From the NCBI GenBank assembly GCA_964057225.1, contig OZ059897.1:2976001-3040000 (forward strand): a DNA stretch of 64,000 nt, read 5' to 3'. The position numbers and the translations under genes are program-made. This DNA comes from Auanema rhodensis. Lineage: Eukaryota > Animalia > Nematoda. Positions 1 to 10,800 of this stretch are shown one piece after another. The notes under the pieces are model-generated. The model saw nothing but the letters and a program-made list of their open reading frames with translations, searched no databases and was not told the DNA's origin. How positions within the stretch are numbered: the first letter of the stretch is position 1; each line of letters opens with the position of its first letter.

Positions 1-26
1 TTTTTGTCAAAATGTTTTTGGAAGCA

Positions 27-54
27 ATGTTGAGTGTACATGGGAACTCAACAT
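27..54. other. 9-bp perfect inverted repeat, present once per monomer (first copy shown)
   Basis: ATGTTGAGT (27-35), 10-nt loop GTACATGGGA, ACTCAACAT (46-54). The common allele ACTCAGCAT gives a T-G pair. Confidence 0.9.
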
Positions 55-134
55 ACACTAATGCATTATTTTTCAAACGATCATAACTAATTTTTGTATA
101 GAGCGTTTCTCAATGTAGTATAGTGCATTCGATG

Positions 135-194
135 CGGATTTTTAAGCTGCGTCGATCTGTGTTATCAGATTTGCGCTAGCTTAAAAATGCACCG
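135..194. other. ~60-nt imperfect hairpin/dyad, present once per monomer (first copy shown)
   Basis: ATTTTTAAGCT (138-148) pairs with AGCTTAAAAAT (178-188). ATCTG (155-159) pairs with CAGAT (166-170) around the loop TGTTAT. GCG/CGC lies between these stems and CGG/CCG outside them. Confidence 0.9.
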
Positions 195-3100
195 AGTAAT
201 CAACTGATATAGGTTCACACTTATATCCTCGATTTTCACCCTGAAGAATTAATTTTTTCGTTGAATAACATTGTCCATCGTCTTTGCCTTGAAAAAAGAA
301 ATCTAAAAACTCCTACTTTTTGTGAAATTATTTAGAAATTTTTCGGGAAAATTTTTGTCACAATGTTTTTGGAAGCAATGTTGAGTGTACATGGGAACTC
401 AGCATACACTAATGCATTATTTTTCAAACGATCATAACTAATTTTTGTATGGAGCGTTTTTCAATGTAGTATAGTGCATTCGATGCGGATTTTTAAGCTG
501 CGTTGATCTGTGTTATCAGATTTGCGCTAGCTTAAAAATGCACCGAGTAATCAACTGATATAGGTTCACACTTATATCCTCGATTTTCACCCTGAAGAAT
601 TAATTTTTTCGTTGAATAACATTGTCCATCGTCTTTGCCTTGAAAAAAGAAATCTAAAAACTCCTATTTTTTGTGAAATTATTTAGAAATTTTTCGGGAA
701 AATTTTTGTCACAATGTTTTTGGAAGCAATGTTGAGTGTACATGGGAACTCAGCATACACTAATGCATTATTTTTCAAACGATCATAACTAATTTTTGTA
801 TGGAGCGTTTTTCAATGTAGTATAGTGCATTCGATGCGGATTTTTAAGCTGCGTCGATCTGTGTTATCAGATTTGAGTTAGCTTGAAAATGCACCGAGAT
901 ATCAACTGATATATGTTCACACTTATATCCTCGATTTTCACCCTGAAGAATTAATTTTTTCGTTGAATAACATTGTCCATCGTCTTTGCCTTGAAAAAAG
1001 AAATCTAAAAACTCCTACTTTTTGTGAAATTATTTAGAAATTTTTCGGGAAAATTTTTGTCAAAATGTTTTTGGAAGCAATGTTGAGTGTACATGGGAAC
1101 TCAGCATACACTAATGCATTATTTTTCAAACGATCATAACTAATTTTTGTATAGAGCGTTTCTCAATGTAGTATAGTGCATTCGATGCGGATTTTTAAGC
1201 TGCGTCGATCTGTGTTATCAGATTTGAGTTAGCTTGAAAATGCACCGAGATATCAACTGATATATGTTCACACTTATATCCTCGATTTTCACCCTGAAGA
1301 ATTAATTTTTTCGTTGAATAACATTGTCCATCGTCTTTGCCTTGAAAAAAGAAATCTAAAAACTCCTACTTTTTGTGAAATTATTTAGAAATTTTTCGGG
1401 AAAATTTTTGTCAAAATGTTTTTGGAAGCAATGTTGAGTGTACATGGGAACTCAGCATACACTAATGCATTATTTTTCAAACGATCATAACTAATTTTTG
1501 TATAGAGCGTTTCTCAATGTAGTATAGTTCATTCGATGCGGATTTTTAAGCTGCGTCGATCTGTGTTATCAGATTTGAGTTAGCTTAAAAATGCACCGAG
1601 ATATCAACTGATATATGTTCACACTTATATCCTCGATTTTCACCCTGAAGAAATGATTTTTTCGTTAACAAACATTGTCCATCGTATTCGTCTTGAAAAA
1701 AGGAATCTAAAAACATCTACTTTTTGTGAAATTATTTAGAAATTTTTCGGGAAAATTTTTGTCAAAATGTTTTTGGAAGCAATGTTGAGTGTACATGGGA
1801 ACTCAACATACACTAATGCATTATTTTTCAAACGATCATAACTAATTTTTGTATAGAGCGTTTCTCAATGTAGTATAGTGCATTCGATGCGGATTTTTAA
1901 GCTGCGTCGATCTGTGTTATCAGATTTGCGCTAGCTTAAAAATGCACCGAGTAATCAACTGATATAGGTTCACACTTATATCCTCGATTTTCACCCTGAA
2001 GAATTAATTTTTTCGTTGAATAACATTGTCCATCGTCTTTGCCTTGAAAAAAGAAATCTAAAAACTCCTACTTTTTGTGAAATTATTTAGAAATTTTTCG
2101 GGAAAATTTTTGTCACAATGTTTTTGGAAGCAATGTTGAGTGTACATGGGAACTCAACATACACTAATGCATTATTTTTCAAACGATCATAACTAATTTT
2201 TGTATAGAGCGTTTCTCAATGTAGTATAGTGCATTCGATGCGGATTTTTAAGCTGCGTCGATCTGTGTTATCAGATTTGGGTTAGCTTAAAAATGCACCG
2301 AGATATCAACTGATATATGTTCACACTTATATCCTCGATTTTCACCCTGAAGAAATGATTTTTTCGTTGAAAAACATTGTCCATCGTATTCGTCTTGAAA
2401 AAAAGAATCTAAAAACATCTACTTTCTGTGAAATTATTTAGAAATTTTTCGGGAAAATTTTTGTCACAATGTTTTTGGAAGCAATGTTGAGTGTACATGG
2501 GAACTCAGCATACACTAATGCATTATTTTTCAAACGATCATAACTAATTTTTGTATGGAGCGTTTCTCAATGTAGTATAGTGCATTCGATGCGGATTTTT
2601 AAGCTGCGTTGATCTGTGTTATCAGATTTGCGCTAGCTTAAAAATGCACCGAGTAATCAACTGATATAGGTTCACACTTATATCCTCGATTTTCACCCTG
2701 AAGAATTAATTTTTTCGTTGAATAACGTTGTCCATCGTCTTTGCCTTGAAAAAAAAAATCTAAAAACTCCTACTTTTTGTGAAATTATTTAGAAATTTTT
2801 CGGGAAAATTTTTGTCACAATGTTTTTGGAAGCAATGTTGAGTGTACATGGGAACTCAGCATACACTAATGCATTATTTTTCAAACGATCATAACTAATT
2901 TTTGTATAGAGCGTTTCTCAATGTAGTATAGTGCATTCGATGCGGATTTTTAAGCTGCGTCGATCTGTGTTATCAGATTTGAGTTAGCTTGAAAATGCAG
3001 CGAGATATCAACTGATATATGTTCACACTTATATCCTCGATTTTCACCCTGAAGAAATGATTTTTTCGTTGAAAAACATTGTCCATCGTATTCGTCTTGA

Positions 3101-4460
3101 AAAAAGGAATCTAAAAACATCTACTTTTTGTGAAATTATTTAGAAATTTTTCGGGAAAATTTTTGTCACAATGTTTTTGGAAGCAATGTTGAGTGTACAT
3201 GGGAACTCAGCATACACTAATGCATTATTTTTCAAACGATCATAACTAATTTTTGTATAGAGCGTTTCTCAATGTAGTATAGTGCATTCGATGCGGATTT
3301 TTAAGCTGCGTCGATCTGTGTTATCAGATTTGAGTTAGCTTAAAAATGCACCGAGATATCAACTGATATATGTTCACACTTACATCCTCGATTTTCACCC
3401 TGAAGAAATGATTTTTTCGTTGAAAAACATTGTCCATCGTATTTGTCTTGAAAAAAAGAATTTAAAAACATCTACTTTTTGTGAAATTATTCAGAAAATT
3501 TTCGGGAAAATTTTTGTCAAAATGTTTTTGGAAGCAATGTTGAGTGTACATGGGAACTCAACATACACTAATGCATTATTTTTCAAACGATCATAACTAA
3601 TTTTTGTATGGAGCATTTCTCAATGTAGTATAGTGCATTCGATGCGGATTTTTAAGCTGCGTTGATCTGTGTTATCAGATTTGCGCTAGCTTAAAAATGC
3701 ACCGAGTAATCAACTGATATAGGTTCACACTTATATACTCGATTTTCACCCTGAAGAATTAATTTTTTCGTTGAATAACATTGTCCATCATCTTTGCCTT
3801 GAAAAAAGAAATCTAAAAACTCCTACTTTTTGTGAAATTATTTAGAAATTTTTCGGGAAAATTTTTGTCACAATGTTTTTGGAAGCAATGTTGAGTGTAC
3901 ATGGGAACTCAACATACACTAATGCATTATTTTTCAAACGATCATAACTAATTTTTGTATGGAGCGTTTCTCAATGTAGTATAGTGCATTCGATGCGGAT
4001 TTTTAAGCTGCGTTGATCTGTGTTATCAGATTTGCGCTAGCTTAAAAATGCACCGAGTAATCAACTGATATAGGTTCACACTTATATCCTCGATTTTCAC
4101 CCTGAAGAATTAATTTTTTCGTTGAATAACATTGTCCATCGTCTTTGCCTTGAAAAAAGAAATCTAAAAACTCCTACTTTTCGTGAAATTATTTAGAAAT
4201 TTTTCGGGAAAATTTTTGTCACAATGTTTTTGGAAGCAATGTTGAGTGTACATGGGAACTCAGCATACACTAATGCATTATTTTTCAAACGATCATAACT
4301 AATTTTTGTATAGAGCGTTTCTCAATGTAGTATAGTGCATTCGATGCGGATTTTTAAGCTGCGTCGATCTGTGTTATCAGATTTGAGTTAGCTTGAAAAT
4401 GCACCGAGATATCAACTGATATATGTTCACACTTATATCCTCGATTTTCACCCTGAAGAA

Positions 4461-4811
4461 ATGATTTTTTCGTTGAAAAACATTGTCCATCGTATTCGTC
4501 TTGAAAAAAAGAATCTAAAAACATCTACTTTTTGTGAAATTATTCAGAAATTTTTCGGGAAAATTTTTGTCAAAATGTTTTTGGAAGCAATGTTGAGTGT
4601 ACATGGGAACTCAACATACACTAATGCATTATTTTTCAAACGATCATAACTAATTTTTGTATGGAGCGTTTCTCAATGTAGTATAGTGCATTCGATGCGG
4701 ATTTTTAAGCTGCGTTGATCTGTGTTATCAGATTTGCGCTAGCTTAAAAATGCACCGAGTAATCAACTGATATAGGTTCACACTTATATCCTCGATTTTC
4801 ACCCTGAAGAA
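4461..4811 (+). repeat. Representative single 351-bp monomer (phase arbitrary, begun at the ATG/TTA polymorphic site)
   Basis: Begins atgattttttcgttgaaaaac and ends ttttcaccctgaagaa; the next unit starts at 4812 with the B allele ttaatttttt. Confidence 0.95.
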
Positions 4812-7800
4812 TTAATTTTTTCGTTGAATAACATTGTCCATCATCTTTGCCTTGAAAAAAGAAATCTAAAAACTCCTACTTTTTGTGAAATTATTTAGAA
4901 ATTTTTCGGGAAAATTTTTGTCACAATGTTTTTGGAAGCAATGTTGAGTGTACATGGGAACTCAGCATACACTAATGCATTATTTTTCAAACGATCATAA
5001 CTAATTTTTGTATGGAGCGTTTCTCAATGTAGTATAGTGCATTCGATGCGGATTTTTAAGCTGCGTTGATCTGTGTTATCAGATTTGCGCTAGCTTAAAA
5101 ATGCACCGAGTAATCAACTGATATAGGTTCACACTTATATCCTCGATTTTCACCCTGAAGAATTAATTTTTTCGTTGAATAACATTGTCCATCGTCTTTG
5201 CCTTGAAAAAAGAAATCTAAAAACTCCTACTTTTCGTGAAATTATTTAGAAATTTTTCGGGAAAATTTTTGTCACAATGTTTTTGGAAGCAATGTTGAGT
5301 GTACATGGGAACTCAGCATACACTAATGCATTATTTTTCAAACGATCATAACTAATTTTTGTTTAGAGCGTTTCTCAATGTAGTATAGTGCATTCGATGC
5401 GGATTTTTAAGCTGCGTCGATCTGTGTTATCAGATTTGAGTTAGCTTGAAAATGCACCGAGATATCAACTGATATATGTTCACACTTATATCCTCGATTT
5501 TCACCCTGAAGAAATGATTTTTTCGTTGAAAAACATTGTCCATCGTATTCGTCTTGAAAAAAGGAATCTAAAAACATCTACTTTTTGTGAAATTATTTAG
5601 AAATTTTTCGGGAAAATTTTTGTCACAATGTTTTTGGAAGCAATGTTGAGTGTACATGGGAACTCAGCATACACTAATGCATTATTTTTCAAACGATCAT
5701 AACTAATTTTTGTATAGAGCGTTTCTCAATGTAGTATAGTGCATTCAATGCGGATTTTTAAGCTGCGTCGATCTGTGTTATCAGATTTGAGTTAGCTTAA
5801 AAATGCACCGAGATATCAACTGATATATGTTCACACTTATATCCTCGATTTTCACCCTGAAGAATTAATTTTTTCGTTGAATAACATTGTCCATCATCTT
5901 TGCCTTGAAAAAAGAAATCTAAAAACTCCTACTTTTTGTGAAATTATTTAGAAATTTTTCGGGAAAATTTTTGTCACAATGTTTTTGGAAGCAATGTTGA
6001 GTGTACATGGGAACTCAGCATACACTAATGCATTATTTTTCAAACGATCATAACTAATTTTTGTATGGAGCGTTTCTCAATGTAGTATAGTGCATTCGAT
6101 GCGGATTTTTAAGCTGCGTTGATCTGTGTTATCAGATTTGCGCTAGCTTAAAAATGCACCGAGTAATCAACTGATATAGGTTCACACTTATATCCTCGAT
6201 TTTCACCCTGAAGAATTAATTTTTTCGTTGAATAACATTGTCCATCGTCTTTGCCTTGAAAAAAGAAATCTAAAAACTCCTACTTTTCGTGAAATTATTT
6301 AGAAATTTTTCGGGAAAATTTTTGTCACAATGTTTTTGGAAGCAATGTTGAGTGTACATGGGAACTCAGCATACACTAATGCATTATTTTTCAAACGATC
6401 ATAACTAATTTTTGTTTAGAGCGTTTCTCAATGTAGTATAGTGCATTCGATGCGGATTTTTAAGCTGCGTCGATCTGTGTTATCAGATTTGAGTTAGCTT
6501 GAAAATGCACCGAGATATCAACTGATATATGTTCACACTTATATCCTCGATTTTCACCCTGAAGAAATGATTTTTTCGTTGAAAAACATTGTCCATCGTA
6601 TTCGTCTTGAAAAAAGGAATCTAAAAACATCTACTTTTTGTGAAATTATTTAGAAATTTTTCGGGAAAATTTTTTCACAATGTTTTTGGAAGCAATGTTG
6701 AGTGTACATGGGAACTCAGCATACACTAATGCATTATTTTTCAAACGATCATAACTAATTTTTGTATAGAGCGTTTCTCAATGTAGTATAGTGCATTCGA
6801 TGCGGATTTTTAAGCTGCGTCGATCTGTGTTATCAGATTTGAGTTAGCTTAAAAATGCACCGAGATATCAACTGATATATGTTCACACTTATATCCTCGA
6901 TTTTCACCCTGAAGAAATGATTTTTTCGTTGAAAAACATTGTCCATCGTATTCGTCTTGAAAAAAAGAATCTAAAAACATCTACTTTTTGTGAAATTATT
7001 CAGAAATTTTTCGGGAAAATTTTTGTCAAAATGTTTTTGGAAGCAATGTTGAGTGTACATGGGAACTCAACATACACTAATGCATTATTTTTCAAACGAT
7101 CATAACTAATTTTTGTATGGAGCGTTTCTCAATGTAGTATAGTGCATTCGATGCCGATTTTTAAGCTGCGTTGATCTGTGTTATCAGATTTGCGCTAGCT
7201 TAAAAATGCACCGAGTAATCAACTGATATAGGTTCACACTTATATCCTCGATTTTCACCCTGAAGAATTAATTTTTTCGTTGAATAACATTGTCCATCGT
7301 CTTTGCCTTGAAAAAAGAAATCTAAAAACTCCTACTTTTTGTGAAATTATTTAGAAATTTTTCGGGAAAATTTTTGTCACAATGTTTTTGGAAGCAATGT
7401 TGAGTGTACATGGGAACTCAGCATACACTAATGCATTATTTTTCAAACGATCATAACTAATTTTTGTATGGAGCGTTTCTCAATGTAGTATAGTGCATTC
7501 GATGCGGATTTTTAAGCTGCGTTGATCTGTGTTATCAGATTTGCGCTAGCTTAAAAATGCACCGAGTAATCAACTGATATAGGTTCACACTTATATCCTC
7601 GATTTTCACCCTGAAGAATTAATTTTTTCGTTGAATAACGTTGTCCATCGTCTTTGCCTTGAAAAAAAAAATCTAAAAACTCCTACTTTTTGTGAAATTA
7701 TTTAGAAATTTTTCGGGAAAATTTTTGTCACAATGTTTTTGGAAGCAATGTTGAGTGTACATGGGAACTCAGCATACACTAATGCAATATTTTTCAAACG

Positions 7801-10800
7801 ATCATAACTAATTTTTGTATAGAGCGTTTCTCAATGTAGTATAGTGCATTCGATGCGGATTTTTAAGCTGCGTCGATCTGTGTTATCAGATTTGAGTTAG
7901 CTTAAAAATGCACCGAGATATCAACTGATATATGTTCACACTTATATCCTCGATTTTCACCCTGAAGAAATGATTTTTTCGTTGAAAAACATTGTCCATC
8001 GTATTCGTCTTGAAAAAAAGAATCTAAAAACATCTACTTTTTGTGAAATTATTCAGAAAATTTTCGGGAAAATTTTTGTCAAAATGTTTTTGGAAGCAAT
8101 GTTGAGTGTACATGGGAACTCAACATACACTAATGCATTATTTTTCAAACGATCATAACTAATTTTTGTATGGAGCGTTTCTCAATGTAGTATAGTGCAT
8201 TCGATGCGGATTTTTAAGCTGCGTTGATCTGTGTTATCAGATTTGCGCTAGCTTAAAAATGCACCGAGTAATCAACTGATATAGGTTCACACTTATATCC
8301 TCGATTTTCACCCTGAAGAATTAATTTTTTCGTTGAATAACATTGTCCATCATCTTTGCCTTGAAAAAAGAAATCTAAAAACTCCTACTTTTTGTGAAAT
8401 TATTTAGAAATTTTTCGGGAAAATTTTTGTCACAATGTTTTTGGAAGCAATGTTGAGTGTACATGGGAACTCAGCATACACTAATGCATTATTTTTCAAA
8501 CGATCATAACTAATTTTTGTATGGAGCGTTTCTCAATGTAGTATAGTGCATTCGATGCGGATTTTTAAGCTGCGTTGATCTGTGTTATCAGATTTGCGCT
8601 AGCTTAAAAATGCACCGAGTAATCAACTGATATAGGTTCACACTTATATCCTCGATTTTCACCCTGAAGAATTAATTTTTTCGTTGAATAACATTGTCCA
8701 TCGTCTTTGCCTTGAAAAAAGAAATCTAAAAACTCCTACTTTTCGTGAAATTATTTAGAAATTTTTCGGGAAAATTTTTGTCACAATGTTTTTGGAAGCA
8801 ATGTTGAGTGTACATGGGAACTCAGCATACACTAATGCATTATTTTTCAAACGATCATAACTAATTTTTGTATGGAGCGTTTCTCAATGTAGTATAGTGC
8901 ATTCGATGCGGATTTTTAAGCTGCGTTGATCTGTGTTATCAGATTTGCGCTAGCTTAAAAATGCACCGAGTAATCAACTGATATAGGTTCACACTTATAT
9001 CCTCGATTTTCACCCTGAAGAATTAATTTTTTCGTTGAATAACATTGTCCATCGTCTTTGCCTTGAAAAAAGAAATCTAAAAACTCCTACTTTTCGTGAA
9101 ATTATTTAGAAATTTTTCGGGAAAATTTTTGTCACAATGTTTTTGGAAGCAATGTTGAGTGTACATGGGAACTCAGCATACACTAATGCATTATTTTTCA
9201 AACGATCATAACTAATTTTTGTATAGAGCGTTTCTCAATGTAGTATAGTGCATTCGATGCGGATTTTTAAGCTGCGTCGATCTGTGTTATCAGATTTGAG
9301 TTAGCTTGAAAATGCACCGAGATATCAACTGATATATGTTCACACTTATATCCTCGATTTTCACCCTGAAGAAATGACTTTTTCGTTGAAAAACATTGTC
9401 CATCGTATTCGTCTTGAAAAAAGGAATCTAAAAACATCTACTTTTTGTGAAATTATTTAGAAATTTTTCGGGAAAATTTTTGTCACAATGTTTTTGGAAG
9501 CAATGTTGAGTGTACATGGGAACTCAGCATACACTAATGCATTATTTTTCAAACGATCATAACTAATTTTTGTATAGAGCGTTTCTCAATGTAGTATAGT
9601 GCATTCGATGCGGATTTTTAAGCTGCGTCGATCTGTGTTATCAGATTTGAGTTAGCTTAAAAATGCACCGAGATATCAACTGATATATGTTCACACTTAT
9701 ATCCTCGATTTTCACCCTGAAGAAATGATTTTTTCGTTGAAAAACATTGTCCATCGTATTCGTCTTGAAAAAAAGAATCTAAAAACATCTACTTTTTGTG
9801 AAATTATTCAGAAATTTTTCGGGAAAATTTTTGTCAAAATGTTTTTGGAAGCAATGTTGAGTGTACATGGGAACTCAACATACACTAATGCATTATTTTT
9901 CAAACGATCATAACTAATTTTTGTATGGAGCGTTTCTCAATGTAGTATAGTGCATTCGATGCGGATTTTTAAGCTGCGTCGATCTTTGTTATCAGATTTG
10001 AGTTAGCTTAAAAATGCACCGAGATATCAACTGATATATGTTCACACTTATATCCTCGATTTTCACCCTGAAGAAATGATTTTTTCGTTGAAAAACATTG
10101 TCCATCGTATTCGTCTTGAAAAAAAAAATCTAAAAACATCTACTTTTTGTGAAATTATTCAGAAATTTTTCGGGAAAATTTTTGTCAAAATGTTTTTGGA
10201 AGCAATGTTGAGTGTACATGGGAACTCAACATACACTAATGCATTATTTTTCAAACGATCATAACTAATTTTTGTATGGAGCGTTTCTCAATGTAGTATA
10301 GTGCATTCGATGCGGATTTTTGAGCTGCGTTGATCTGTGTTATCAGATTTGCGCTAGCTTAAAAATGCACCGAGTAATCAACTGATATAGGTTCACACTT
10401 ATATCCTCGATTTTCACCCTGAAGAATTAATTTTTTCGTTGAATAACATTGTCCATCGTCTTTGCCTTGAGAAAAGAAATCTAAAAACTCCTACTTTTTG
10501 TGAAATTATTTAGAAATTTTTCGGGAAAATTTTTGTCACAATGTTTTTGGAAGCAATGTTGAGTCTACATGGGAACTCAGCATACACTAATGCATTATTT
10601 TTCAAACGATCATAACTAATTTTTAAATAGAGCGTTTCTCAATGTAGTATAGTGCATTCGATGCGGATTTTTGAGCTGCGTTGATCTGTGTTATCAGATT
10701 TGCGCTAGCTTAAAAATGCACCGAGTAATCAACTGATATATGTTCACACTTATATCCTCGATTTTCACCCTGAAGAAATGATTTTTTCGTTGAAAAACAT

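Noticed and set aside
135-194. Rho-independent terminator or pre-miRNA
   Set aside because: There is no gene context and no GC stem followed by a U-tract; a hairpin alone is not enough to call a miRNA.
1-351. 5S rRNA, tRNA, snRNA or spliced-leader tandem gene unit
   Set aside because: I recognised no cloverleaf, Pol III A/B/C boxes or conserved RNA sequence on either strand. An Rfam scan was not possible, so this is not fully excluded.
4468-4484. CENP-B-box-like motif TTTCGTTGAAAAACATT
   Set aside because: It matches the TTCG and central A of the box but lacks the essential CGGG, and the CGGG elsewhere in the monomer is at the wrong spacing.
4461-4811. Monomer as an ancient dimer of ~175-bp subunits
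   Set aside because: No convincing similarity between the halves by eye beyond short words such as caatgt and atttttgt; a self-alignment with a shuffle control would be needed.
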